From contig CAVYSY010000033.1 of NCBI GenBank assembly GCA_963771175.1, positions 224,001-288,000 on the forward strand: a stretch of 64,000 nucleotides of DNA, read 5' to 3'. The DNA comes from an uncultured delta proteobacterium. Its GTDB lineage: Bacteria > Myxococcota > Myxococcia > Myxococcales > Myxococcaceae. A program made the position numbers and the translations under genes. Under the pieces are notes generated by a model. It was not told the DNA's origin. It searched no databases and saw only the letters and a program-made list of their open reading frames with translations. Shown here piece by piece: positions 19,095 through 29,732 of the stretch; within the stretch, counting starts at the first letter, position 1; every line of letters begins with the position of its first letter.

Positions 19095-20954
19095 ATGGCC
19101 GTCTCCGCGCTCGAACTTCGCCCCCGGGGGGCTGTGGCCATCCTGGACGCCGGCCTGCGCGTGTGCGTGCGCAGCTCCGGCGTCTGGGCCCTCACCCTGC
19201 CCGGCGGGGCGCTCGTCACCGCCGCCCTGCTGCACCTGACGGACGCGGTCACCCATCACCGCGACCTCGGCCTGCCCGCGCTCCTGTTCACCCTGGCCTG
19301 GCTGGCCCGCGGCATCTTCCAGGGCGCCGCCTGCCACCATGTGCAGGAGCTGCTGCTCGGCAAGAGCGCGGGAGAGCCCACCGCCTGGGCCTCGCTGCGC
19401 GCCGCGCTCGCCCGCACGCCCAGCCTCCTGTCCGCCGTGGCGTACCTCTTCATCTTCAACCTGCTGTCGCTCAGCATCACGCTGGGCTTCGCCTTCTTCT
19501 TCCTGTCCGCGCACCTGGTGGGCTACGCCGCCACCATGCAGGGCAAGGGCAGTCCCCTGGGCTTGTATGGGGTGTGCTCGCGGATGCTCGGCCCGGCGCG
19601 AGCCAGCGCCATCGGGGTGCGCTGGCTGCTGCAGGTGCAGTTCCTGGTCTTCCTCAACCTCCACATCGGGGCAAATGCCCTGCTCTATATCGGCCGCAAG
19701 CTGCTCGGGATCGACCTCACCTTCGTCGAGCGCTTCGCCTCGATCGACAACGCGCCCTGGGTCGTCTTCCTGGTGGCCGCCACCTTCACCCTCTTCGAGC
19801 CCCTGCGCGCCGCCACGTCCACGCTGCTCCTGGTGGACGGGCGGGTGCGCCAGGAGGGGTTGGATCTCCTCGCCGCGGTCCAGCAGCTCCCCGGCCGGAA
19901 GGTGGCGAAGGCGGCGCTCGTCCTGTTCGCCGTGCTGGGCTCCTTCCTGGTGGCCCCTCCGGCCCGGGCGCAGGAGGCCGAGGCGTCCATGTCTCCCATC
20001 GGCATGGAGCAGCGCCTGGTGAATCTGGCCGAGGCCTGTGAGCTGGAGGCCTCGGAGGCGGAGCCCTGGAAGAAGACACTCGCCTCGCTGAGCACGGCCG
20101 AGGCCCAGAAGTTCCAGCGGCTCGTGCGCGACGTGGAGAAGGGCGTGTACGAGGACGAGGACTGCGGGGCCATCAACCGGCTCGAGCAGGGCGTCACCCT
20201 GGCGAGCCAGACCACGGAGCTGGAGAGGTCTCAGGCTGACGCGCGAGCGGCCCAGGCGAGTGCCCGGGACATCCTCTCCCGGCCCGAGTTCCAGGTGCCG
20301 GAGCCCGGGGACGAGAAGCAGGACCCCACGGCCGAGGAGGAGCTGGGCCCGTGGGAGCGCTTCCTGAAGTGGTTGGGAGAATGGCTCGCCGAGCTGTTCA
20401 AGCGCTCGGATCCGGAGCCGATGCGGATGCCCAACGCGGGAGCTGGCGGCCAGGCCTTGGCCAACATGCTGGTGGTGGTCCTCATCGCCGGGGTGCTGGT
20501 GGTGCTCGTGCTGGTGCTGCTGCGGGCGCTCCGCAAGGACGCGAAGGATGGCGAGGGCGGAGGGCTCGAGGTGAGCACGCAGGACGCGGCGTCGCTGGCG
20601 GCGGACCCGACGAACGCCCTCTCCCGCCCGCCCGAGGGCTGGGCCCACCTCGCCGACGAATTGGCCGCCCGGGGCGAGTACCGCGAGGCGGTGCGCAGCC
20701 TGTACCTCGCCCTGCTCTCCCGCCTGCACCGCGAGGGCGTCATCCACTACGACACCGCGCTGAGCAACTGGGACTACCTGCGCCAGTTCAAGGGCCGCCG
20801 CGAGTGGCTGCCCCCCTTCCGCGAGCTGACACGGCGCTTCGACTTCGCCTGGTACGGCAACCTGCCGGTGGGCGTGGAGGGCTACCGCGACTTCCGCACG
20901 CTGTGCGCCCCCATGCTGGCCACTCCCGCGACCCAGGAGGCCTCCGGTGCGTGA
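19095..20954 (+). CDS. DUF4129-domain membrane protein
   Basis: Multi-TM N-terminus (ELRPR...LD); C-terminal GEYREAVRSLYLALL...SNWDYL...FDFAWYG. Confidence 0.82.
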   Translation: MAVSALELRPRGAVAILDAGLRVCVRSSGVWALTLPGGALVTAALLHLTDAVTHHRDLGLPALLFTLAWLARGIFQGAACHHVQELLLGKSAGEPTAWASLRAALARTPSLLSAVAYLFIFNLLSLSITLGFAFFFLSAHLVGYAATMQGKGSPLGLYGVCSRMLGPARASAIGVRWLLQVQFLVFLNLHIGANALLYIGRKLLGIDLTFVERFASIDNAPWVVFLVAATFTLFEPLRAATSTLLLVDGRVRQEGLDLLAAVQQLPGRKVAKAALVLFAVLGSFLVAPPARAQEAEASMSPIGMEQRLVNLAEACELEASEAEPWKKTLASLSTAEAQKFQRLVRDVEKGVYEDEDCGAINRLEQGVTLASQTTELERSQADARAAQASARDILSRPEFQVPEPGDEKQDPTAEEELGPWERFLKWLGEWLAELFKRSDPEPMRMPNAGAGGQALANMLVVVLIAGVLVVLVLVLLRALRKDAKDGEGGGLEVSTQDAASLAADPTNALSRPPEGWAHLADELAARGEYREAVRSLYLALLSRLHREGVIHYDTALSNWDYLRQFKGRREWLPPFRELTRRFDFAWYGNLPVGVEGYRDFRTLCAPMLATPATQEASGA

Positions 20955-22241
20955 CCGTTTCCCCCTGCTCCTGGTGGGCGGACTGCTCCTCACCGGCCTG
21001 CTAGGCACGTGGCTGGTGCGCGGCGCGGCCCGGGGTGGCTTCGCCGATACGCTCTCCACCTGGCGGGCCCAGCCGGATGGTGCCCGCGGCCTCTACCTGC
21101 TGGCCGAGGAGAGTGGCCTGCCCGTCGTCCGGCGCACCGCGGACCTTCAAATCATGCAGGGCGCGGGCTCGCTGGTGCTGCTCGCCGTGGAGGTGGAGGA
21201 CGCCCGCGAGGACGACCCGGACCAGACGGCGCTCGCCACCGGGCGCGACGAGGGCCTGGAAGACGAGGACGTCCCCCGCCACGGGCTCAACAAGCTGCAC
21301 GTCCCCGAGCTCGACGAGGACGAGGCGGAGAAGCTGCTCGAGCACGTGCGGGCCGGGCACACCCTCGTCTATGTCCCCTGGGGCTCGCAGGAGAACCGGC
21401 TGCTGGACGCGCTGGGCGTGAAGCTCACCAAGGCGGACACCTCGCTGCCCATGCGCACGCTCGTGCCGCCCCTCTCCAGCCCGTACACGCTGGGTGTGGA
21501 GCGCGTGGAGGCGAAGGTGCAGGCCTACCTGCAGCTCCCCGAGGAGGGCGTGGTGCCAGTGCTGGCCGATGAGCCACTCGGCATGACGGTGGCGGCGGTG
21601 GTGCCGTACGGCGCGGGCCGGGTGCTGGTGGTGGGCGCTCCGGAGCTCGCGATGAACCAGGCGCTCGCGCGCGCGGACAACGCGCAGTTCTGGCTGAGCG
21701 CCCTGCGCGCGCTGGGCCCGGGCCCCTACGAATTCGACGAGCACCACCACGGCTTCACCAACGAGCGCTCGGTGGTGGACTTCGCCCGCCGCTACGGCCT
21801 GCACTTCGCGGTGGCGCAGCTCCTGCTGGGACTGTGCCTGTGGGCGGTGGCCCTCAAGCGCTTCGGCCGGCCACTGCCTCCGCCCGAGTCCGTGCGCGTG
21901 GGAGCCACGGACGCCCTCTTCGCCATGAGCCGCCTGTACCGCGAGGGCCGCCACCACGCCTTCGCCGCCGGCCTCATCACCCGGGGCCTCACCCAGGAGC
22001 TGGCCCTGCACGCGGGCCTGCCCGCCCACGCTCCCGCGAAGGCCGTCGCCGAGGGACTGGCCTCGCGCGGGCGGGAGGACCTGGCCAACGGCCTGCGCGC
22101 CATCGCTCGCAACGCCGAGGCCACCTCCAGCGAGGGCGAATTGCAGCAACTGGCCTCGCGCGCCGCGGTGCTCCGCCAGCGCATCCATCCTCCGGGCCGC
22201 CCCCGAGCGCGCCCGCCGCTTCGCAACCCGAGGAGTCATGA
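20947..22241 (+). CDS. DUF4350-domain protein (probable frameshift near 22190)
   Basis: STWRAQPDGARG, FDEHHHG, KRFGRP; an alternative frame stops at 22241 overlapping the moxR ATG (ATGA). Confidence 0.75.
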
Positions 22242-23239
22242 CCCTGCCCACCTTCGCCCCCACCTCCCCCAACGCCACCAGCAACGCCGTGGCCGCCGCC
22301 CACGCCATCCGCGAGGGCGTGCTCGCCGAGGTGCGCAAGGCCGTCGTCGGCCAGGACGAGCCCCTGGAGTTGATGCTCGTCGGCCTGCTCGCCGGCGGCC
22401 ACGTGCTGCTGGAGGGCGTGCCCGGCGTGGCCAAGACGCTGATGGCCAAGGCGCTCGCGCGCGGCGTGAGCGCGGACTTCAAGCGCATCCAGTTCACGCC
22501 GGACCTGATGCCCGCCGACATCCTGGGCACCAGCATCTTCGACCTGAAGAGCCAGTCCTTCGTGCTGGTGCGCGGCCCGATCTTCACCGACCTGCTGCTG
22601 GCCGATGAAATCAACCGCGCGCCCGCCAAGACGCAGTCCGCGCTGCTGGAGGCCATGCAGGAGCGAGGCGTGTCGATGGAGGGCCGGAACCTGACCCTCT
22701 CGCCGCTCTTCACGGTGTTCGCCACGCAGAACCCGGTGGAGTCCGAGGGCACCTACCCGCTGCCCGAGGCGCAGCTCGACCGCTTCCTGCTGAAGATCGA
22801 GGTGGACTACCCGGCGCCCGAGGAGGAGGACGCCATCCTCGCGTCGGTGCACCGGGGCTTCGACGCGGGCGACCTGGCGCGCGCGGGCGTGACGGCGGCG
22901 GTGACGAAGGAAGGGCTGCTGTCCGCGCGGGCGGCGCTCAACGAGGTGACGGTCGAGCCCCCGGTGCTCGCGTACATCCGCAAGCTGGTGGCGGCCACGC
23001 GCACCTCCAGCCGCATCCGCCTGGGGGCGGGCCCTCGCGCGGGCGTGCACCTGCTGCTGGCCGCGAAGGCGCTGGCGGCGCTGCGAGGCCGGGGCTTCGT
23101 CACGCCGGATGACGTGCGCTTCCTCGCGGGGCCGGTGCTGAAGCACCGCCTGCTGCTGTCGCCGGACGCGGAGCTGGACGGGGCCACGCCCTCGGACGTG
23201 CTGCGCGAGGTGGTGCAGTCCGTCGAGGTCCCCCGGTGA
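22238..23239 (+). CDS. moxR: MoxR-family AAA+ ATPase
   Basis: GHVLLEGVPGVAKT, RIQFTPDLMPAD, LADEINRAPAKTQSALLEAM, ATQNP, LPEAQLDRF. Confidence 0.95.
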   Translation: MTLPTFAPTSPNATSNAVAAAHAIREGVLAEVRKAVVGQDEPLELMLVGLLAGGHVLLEGVPGVAKTLMAKALARGVSADFKRIQFTPDLMPADILGTSIFDLKSQSFVLVRGPIFTDLLLADEINRAPAKTQSALLEAMQERGVSMEGRNLTLSPLFTVFATQNPVESEGTYPLPEAQLDRFLLKIEVDYPAPEEEDAILASVHRGFDAGDLARAGVTAAVTKEGLLSARAALNEVTVEPPVLAYIRKLVAATRTSSRIRLGAGPRAGVHLLLAAKALAALRGRGFVTPDDVRFLAGPVLKHRLLLSPDAELDGATPSDVLREVVQSVEVPR

Positions 23240-24542
23240 TTCCCACCGGGCGCCTGTGGGCGCTGCTGTGCCTGCTGGCCGTGCCGATGATGGCCGCGGG
23301 ATTCTTCCCGGGCCTCGGCGCGTGGTGCTGGTGCTGGACGTGCTCGCGCTGGGGCTGGCGGCGGCGGACTTCCTGATGGTGCGCCGGGTACGCCTGGAGG
23401 TGAGCCGGAAGCTCCCGCCCCGCCTGTCCGTGGGCGTGCCCAACAAGGTGGAATTGCTGCTGGTGCACCGGGGCGGCCAGGCGGTGGACGTGCGCGTGCG
23501 CGACGACGTGCCCGAGTCCTTCACCGCCACCCCCGACGAGGCCCCGCTGCACCTGCCAGCGGACAGCCAGACGCGCTGGGTGTACCGGGTGTCGCCGTCC
23601 AAGCGGGGCAAGTTCGGGTTCGGAGACATCCACGTGCGGGTGCGCGGGCCGCTGGGGCTCGTCTTCCACGAGCGGCACTTCTCCGCGGCACAGAACGTGG
23701 CGGTGTACCCGGACCTGCGAGGCGCGAGCCGCCTGCTGCTCTCCGGCGCGGCGCTGGACCTGGTGAACCTGGGCCTGCGACAGCTGCGTCGGGACGGCCG
23801 GGGCAGCGAGTTCGCGCGCCTGCGCGACTATGCCCAGGGAGACTCGGTGCGCGAGGTGGACTGGAAGGCCACGGCGCGGCGCACGAGGCCGGTGACGCGG
23901 GTGATGGAGTCCGAGCGCTCGCAGTCCATCCTCATCTGCGTGGACGCGGGCCGCTCGATGGCGGCGCAGGTGGACGGGCTCACCAAGCTGGACCACGCCG
24001 TCAACGCGGCGCTCTTCCTGGCCTTCGTGGCGGTGCGCAACGGGGACCGGGTGGGGCTGGCGGTGTTCGCGGACGGGGTGAAGGCGTACCTGCCTCCGGC
24101 GGCGGGCCGCATGCAGTACCGGAAGATCTTCGACACGCTCTACTCCACCACGCCGAGCCTCACGTACGTGGACTACCTGGCGCTCTTCAAGGAGCTGAAC
24201 GTGCGCCTCACGCGGCGCAGCCTGCTGTGCGTGTTCACGGACTTCCTCGACGAGGAGCAGGCCTCGACCATGGTGGCGCCGCTGCACCGGCTGGCGCGGC
24301 GGCACGTGCCGCTGTGCCTCTCCGTGCGGGACACGGCGCTGGCGAAGCTGCTGCGCACCGAGCCCTCCGGCCCCGAGCAGGCCTTCCAGCAGGCCGTGGC
24401 CAGCGAGCTGCTCACGGACCGCGAGACCCTCAAGGCCAAGGTGAGCTCCGGGGGCGTGCAGATGCTCGACGTACAGCCCGACGAGCTGAGCCTCGCCGCG
24501 GTCAACCGCTACCTGGACATCAAGGCGCGCGGCGTGCTGTAG
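23236..24542 (+). CDS. DUF58 (VWA-like) protein, frameshifted near 23320
   Basis: GSEFARLRDY..GD..R.VDWKATAR, DAGRSM, GDRVGL; GTG at 23236 gives TM N-terminus MIPTGRLWALL in another frame. Confidence 0.88.
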
Positions 24543-24575
24543 GCACCGCGTCCGTGGAGTCGCTCGAGAGGGAAC

Positions 24576-24956
24576 TCATTCCTCATAGAGAACATTCACG
24601 GGATCGCCCTTGATCAAGGCATCGAGGTTCTGCCGACTGGAGACGACCAGGAAGGAGTACGTCGCCTCGGCACCATCCTCGATGGTTTCGACCGGAGAGG
24701 GCGCAAGCGTCTCCGGATCGGCGATACAGGAGATGAGCTTCCTCACCCCACCGAAAACGAGACGGGCGGGCCTACCCTTGACGCTCAAGCTCTCGTCCTC
24801 CGTACAGTCGGAGCGACCACGCTTCTCGGCTTTGGCGAATGCCTCATCATCAGTGCCAGCATGAATGAGATAAATGTTCTCCATGACCGGGTACTCCACC
24901 TGTGGCCCGTCCCTGAACTCGTAATAGAGGACGACATGCGCGGCATACCAAGGCAT
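24576..24956 (-). CDS. DUF4288-like small protein
   Basis: WYAAHVV, ENIYLIHA..DEAFAKA, FGGVRKL, DGAEATYS. Confidence 0.65.
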   Translation of the reverse strand: MPWYAAHVVLYYEFRDGPQVEYPVMENIYLIHAGTDDEAFAKAEKRGRSDCTEDESLSVKGRPARLVFGGVRKLISCIADPETLAPSPVETIEDGAEATYSFLVVSSRQNLDALIKGDPVNVLYEE

Positions 24957-25018
24957 CGTTCTCTCTCTCTTGGGTTATCGGGCGCGGCCCCATCCACGCT
25001 GTCTGGAAGGATTCCGGG

Positions 25019-26027
25019 TCACTTTTTCCCGCCGTCCGCTTCGGCCTGCCGCGCCCCGCGCATCCAGTCCGAGCCCAGGTACGCGTAGACGCCCAGGCCC
25101 ACGGCGAGCGCGAAGGACACCTTGAAGGCCACCGACAGCTTCGGCGGGTGGATCTGCGAGATGGTGCCCTCGATGAAGCCCGCGAGCACGAAGAGCGCGA
25201 GCGTGCCGAAGAGGAGCTTCACCGCGCGCACCGCCTCCTGGCGCAGCGCCATGCCTCGGGGCAGACCTCGCGGCGCCACCTGCCCCCGGGCGATGACGAA
25301 GCCCGCCGCGCCCGCGATGCAGATGGCGGTGATCTCCGGAATGCCGTGGGGGAGGATCCACGCCCAGAACCAACCCGCCATCCCCTTGGCCGCGTAGACC
25401 TGCGCGAGCGCGCCCAGCATCAGGCCGTTGATGAAGAGCATCAGCCCCGTGCCCACGCCCGCGGTGATGCCCAGCGCGAAGGCGAGGAACGCCACCTGGA
25501 TGTTGTGGGTGAAGAGGAAGGTGGTGAACTGCGGCCTGCTCCCCCACGGACATGCCCTGCCCCGCGGCCTCATCGGCGGCGCGCTTGATGGGGTCCAACG
25601 CCATGTGCTCCTGGGGGACGAGGTAGGGGGCCGCATCCGGGTCCACCAGCATGCCCAGGTAGCCGAAGCCCGTGCCCGCCAGGAAGAGGAGCACCGATGC
25701 CGCGTACATGCGCCACTCCTGCCGCATGAGCGCCGGGAAGCCGCGAGCGACGAAGCCCCACACGTCCGCGAACCGAGGCCGCTGGCCCGGGTAGGTAATC
25801 GCGTAGGCCCGGCCCACCAGGTCATTGAGGTATGCGCTCACGTCGGCCGAGCCGCTGCGCGCGCGCACCCACAGCAGATCGCTGGAGACGGCCCGGTACA
25901 GCTTGCCCAACGAGCGGGCCTCCTCCAACTCGAGGGCGCGCAGGCCCTGCCCCTCCGCCTTGTCGAGCAGGGACTCCAGCTTCTCCCAGCGGGGCCGCCG
26001 CGCCTCGATGAACTCGGGCATCTCCAT
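25019..26027 (-). CDS. SpoIIM/DUF95-family membrane protein, frameshifted near 25530
   Basis: LYRAVSSDL, YLNDLVGRA; second frame has FTHNIQVAF, ILPHGIPE, AGFIEG. Confidence 0.85.
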
Positions 26028-26064
26028 ACGAGGCGACTCTAGCCCAGTCCGTGAGGGACTGAGG

Positions 26065-28455
26065 CTACTGGGGTTGCGCGGGGAGCAGGCCCGACCAGCC
26101 CAGTGTCAGCAACCCACCCCAGCCGCCCCAGATGCGCGCCCCGTCCGGACCGAAGCCCCGGCGCACCGAGGTCCCCAGCTCGACGCCGCCGAGCCGCAGG
26201 CGGGCCCCCACTCCGGCCGCGAAAGCAGCGGGGCCGTCCACCCGAGGCGTGGCATCCACCAGCGCATCGAGCTCGGCCCCGAGTGCCAGCCGGGGAATGG
26301 GCAGGAACCACGCCTGATACGTGCTGTCCCAGGTGGCCCGAGCCTCGCCCGGACGGATGGCGTACCCCTGGCTGGTGGAGAACGCCCAGCGCTCCCGGCG
26401 CAGGCCCGCGAGCACCGCCGGGCGAAGCCGCAGACCCTGAGCATCCTGCTCGAAGCCGGGGCCCGTCAGCGCGGCATCGAAGGACAGCAGCGCGCGGAAG
26501 GAAGGATGATCCGTCAGCCGCACCCGCCCCGACAGCGAGGCGGACAGCGACGTCGCGGGCAGCGCCCCCTCCGTACCACTCCCGCGCAGCAGCTCCCCGG
26601 GACGCAGCACCAGTGCCGTGCCCACGGCCACCCGCTCGGCCACCCGCCCCTCCACTGCGAGCGTGGTACGCCCGCGAGCGAGGTCCACACCCGCCGAGCC
26701 CAGCTCGGGCTGAGCGCGCAACTCGAAGAGCCAGGCCTGCGGTAGGAAGGCCGTGGGCAGCGGGGCCGCCTCCACCAAGCCGCCCGTGGGGACGCCCAGC
26801 ATCGGCAGCAGCGCCGCCTCCTCCGGGGCGGACTTCACGGGGAGCTCGGGCTCCATGGGGCGCTCGGGCTCCAAGGTCGCCACCTGCGTCGGGGCCCCCG
26901 ACTCCGCCGGAGCATGGGCACTGACCTGTTGGAGCGACGTGTCACCCCAGAGGGCCTCCACCACGGCCACGCGCTCGCCGCCGCGCATCCCCGGCACGGC
27001 CCGCGTCATCAGCGAGCCGTCCGACTGGCGCCGCGGCGGCTCCTCCACCTGGGTGCCGTGCAGCCCGCGCAGCTTCAGCGGGGCGAGGGGCACCTCCAGC
27101 GGCTGGCCGCGTACGTCCAGCACCTGCACCTTCACCCGGAACGCCCCGGCCAGGGGCTCGAGGTCCACCTCCACGCGGGGCGGCACCACCGTGAGCGTCA
27201 GCTTCTCCGGGCGTGCGTCGGGCACCCCGCGCGGCAGCAACTCCAGCGTGTGCGTGCCCACCCCCTCCACCCGCACCGGGTGCGTCGTGGGAGCTCCATC
27301 GAGGCGGAAGTCCAGGGACTCGGCGCCCTCCACCGCCAGGTCCAGCCAGTACGCCCCCTGGAGACCCTGGGGCCCCACCACGCCGCGCTCCGTCTTCACA
27401 CGCAGCACTTCCACCTGCCGCACGGCGGACACCCTGCCCACCAGACCCGCCGCGTCCACGGCGCGCACCCGCGCGTAGTACCGGCCGGGAACCAGCGCGC
27501 GGGCCACGGACTTCAAGGCCTCCGGCGCCGCCTGCACCGTCTCGCCGTGGACCCGGTCATTGAAGCGCTCGTCGCGCGCCAGCTCCACCCGGTACGACGA
27601 GGCCCCCTTCACGGGCGCCCACGCCAGCTCCTCGTCCACGCCCTTGTCGTCCAGCAGCAGCCGCACCGAGCGCACGCCGCCCGCCCATTGGGGCGCCTCG
27701 GGCAGCGGGCGCGGCTTCTCGGGCTGCTTGCCCTTCTCCACCCGCGTCCCGTGGTCCTTCGGCACCTGGACACTCTGGCCCTGCGCGCTCACCTCCGCCT
27801 GACCGTCGAAGATGGAGACGCGGCTCATCTGCTGCGCGTCCACGCCCACGTGGAGGTCCTTCGAGCGCGCGGCCACCGTGGCCGCCGGCATCTGCACGCC
27901 CAGGGGCTCGCCGCGAAGCTGCGCGAGCGAGACGTTCAGCTCACCCTGCAGCAGCTCCACCGCTCCGGACTTCTTCACCTTGTCCGTCGCCTTGGCGGCC
28001 TGCCCGTAGATGACGACGAGCGCGTTCTCGTTCATCTGCAGCCGCGTCTCGTCGCGGAAGGTCACCTCGGCGCCGGCCTCGCGCAGCGTGTTGACGGAGT
28101 CCAACCGCCACAGGCCCTGTCCGGTGTTGGCCCGACGCCAGTCCACCTTCCCCGCCGGCTTCGCGTTGACCTCGGGCTTGACGAAGGTGAGGCGCGCGTC
28201 CGGGTCGCCCTTGATGCGCAGCACCGTGCCCGGTTTGAGCTGGTGCGGCGGAGCCCCCATCTTGTTGAGCGCGTGCAGCTTCGCGGAGCCAACCGTCGCG
28301 TCGCCGAACACCTTGCGCCCCACGCTGCCGCACGTGTCTCCGGGCTGCACCACGTACACATCGTCCGCGGCTTCCTCGGCCCACGAGACGACCGGAAAGC
28401 ACAACATCAGGGCGAGCGCGGCGGCGAACCCGCTAACGCTTGAGCTTCTGAGCAC
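26065..28455 (-). CDS. Secreted LysM + FecR domain protein with FN3-like and C-terminal beta-strand-rich regions
   Basis: Signal peptide; YVVQPGDTC LysM; AEVTFRDETRLQMNENA FecR; WAPVKGASSYRVE/YYARVRAVD; alternating beta strands at the C-terminus. Confidence 0.8.
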   Translation of the reverse strand: MLRSSSVSGFAAALALMLCFPVVSWAEEAADDVYVVQPGDTCGSVGRKVFGDATVGSAKLHALNKMGAPPHQLKPGTVLRIKGDPDARLTFVKPEVNAKPAGKVDWRRANTGQGLWRLDSVNTLREAGAEVTFRDETRLQMNENALVVIYGQAAKATDKVKKSGAVELLQGELNVSLAQLRGEPLGVQMPAATVAARSKDLHVGVDAQQMSRVSIFDGQAEVSAQGQSVQVPKDHGTRVEKGKQPEKPRPLPEAPQWAGGVRSVRLLLDDKGVDEELAWAPVKGASSYRVELARDERFNDRVHGETVQAAPEALKSVARALVPGRYYARVRAVDAAGLVGRVSAVRQVEVLRVKTERGVVGPQGLQGAYWLDLAVEGAESLDFRLDGAPTTHPVRVEGVGTHTLELLPRGVPDARPEKLTLTVVPPRVEVDLEPLAGAFRVKVQVLDVRGQPLEVPLAPLKLRGLHGTQVEEPPRRQSDGSLMTRAVPGMRGGERVAVVEALWGDTSLQQVSAHAPAESGAPTQVATLEPERPMEPELPVKSAPEEAALLPMLGVPTGGLVEAAPLPTAFLPQAWLFELRAQPELGSAGVDLARGRTTLAVEGRVAERVAVGTALVLRPGELLRGSGTEGALPATSLSASLSGRVRLTDHPSFRALLSFDAALTGPGFEQDAQGLRLRPAVLAGLRRERWAFSTSQGYAIRPGEARATWDSTYQAWFLPIPRLALGAELDALVDATPRVDGPAAFAAGVGARLRLGGVELGTSVRRGFGPDGARIWGGWGGLLTLGWSGLLPAQPQ

Positions 28456-29732
28456 GCGACACCTTTCGAGTCAGATCGAGGGGATCCAGTGGCAGGGGGA
28501 TGAAATCAAACAGCCCTCCCTCGAGAGCGCCCGTGACCAGTTCCCAGTCCTCCGCGGGACCGCACAGCAGGACCGGGGGAGTCCCCGGGCGAGCGGCCAG
28601 GGCCCTCGCGAGGACGAGCGACTCCCGCCCGCCCGCGACGACGAGCAACGCGCCGAAGCCCTCCAGCGGCTCCTGCGTCGAGGCCACCCGCGCCTGGAAC
28701 CCACACACGGAGAGCGACATCACCAGCGTGTTCTCCGTGGCACTCTCGCCCGAGGCGAGCACCCCCACGGGCAGCCCCCCGGCCACGAGCCGAGGAACAG
28801 ACACCTCGTGCCGCGCGGACCCGAGCCCGAGCCCACGCTCCGTCTTCTTGCCCTCTCCCCGCTTCGGGGCGGGCGCGCCCACCGGCTCGGCGAGCACGGC
28901 CAGCAACTCCTGGCGCAGGGTCGGCGCATCCGGCGGACGCCGCTCGGGCAGCTTCTCCAACGCCTTCATCACCACGGCTTCCAGGCGCTCGGGGAGCGAG
29001 AGGTCCGGTCGCGCCTCGCGGAGCGGAGGCACCGGCTTGTAGAGGTGCGCGGCGGACATCTCCGCCGAGGGCATCACCGGGAAGGGAGGCACTCCGGTGA
29101 GCAGCTCGTAGAGCACACACCCCAACGCGTACAGGTCGCTGCGCCCGTCCAGCGGCAGCCCGCGCAGCTGCTCGGGGGACATGAAGCCCGGTGTCCCCAC
29201 CGCCGTGCCCGCCTGGGTGAGGCGCGCCTGCTCCACCCCGCCGAACGTGGCGAGGCCGAAGTCGAGCACCTTCACGCGCTCGCCGCGCTCGTGCGCCTCC
29301 AGGAAGAGGTTCGCGGGCTTGATGTCGCGGTGGATGATGCCGAGCAGGTGCGCGGCCTCCAGCACCTCCAGCACCTGCACGGCCAGCCCCACGGCGCGAG
29401 GCACTGGCAGCGCACCCTCGCGTGCCAGCAGGGACGCCACCGTCTCGCCAGACACCAGCTCCATGGCGAGGAAGAGGAAGCCCGCGTCGAGCCCGTAGTC
29501 GTACACCTCCACGGAGCCCGGGTGGCGCAGCCGGGCGAGCACCTGGGCCTCGCGATGGAAGCGCTCGGGGAAGCCGGGGGCGCTGGCGATGTGCGGGTGC
29601 ATCACCTTGAGGGCGACCTGGCGATCCAGGCCGAGCTGCTCCGCCACATAGACCGTCGCCCATGCCTCCCGCGCCGAGCAGTCGCAGGACGCGGAAGCGC
29701 CCGCCGATGATCTGTCCCACCTGAAGCGTCAA
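28433..29732 (-). CDS. Ser/Thr kinase with C-terminal degenerate receiver domain, frameshifted near 29660
   Basis: LGAGGMG in one frame; VALK, HRDIKPAN, DFG, GTPGFMSPE in the other; tail ALEGGLFDFIPLPLD resembles a REC domain. Confidence 0.88.

Noticed and set aside
20947..22608. DUF4350 ORF overlapping moxR by about 370 nt
   Set aside because: The tail is off-frame moxR sequence; an indel near 22190 better explains it
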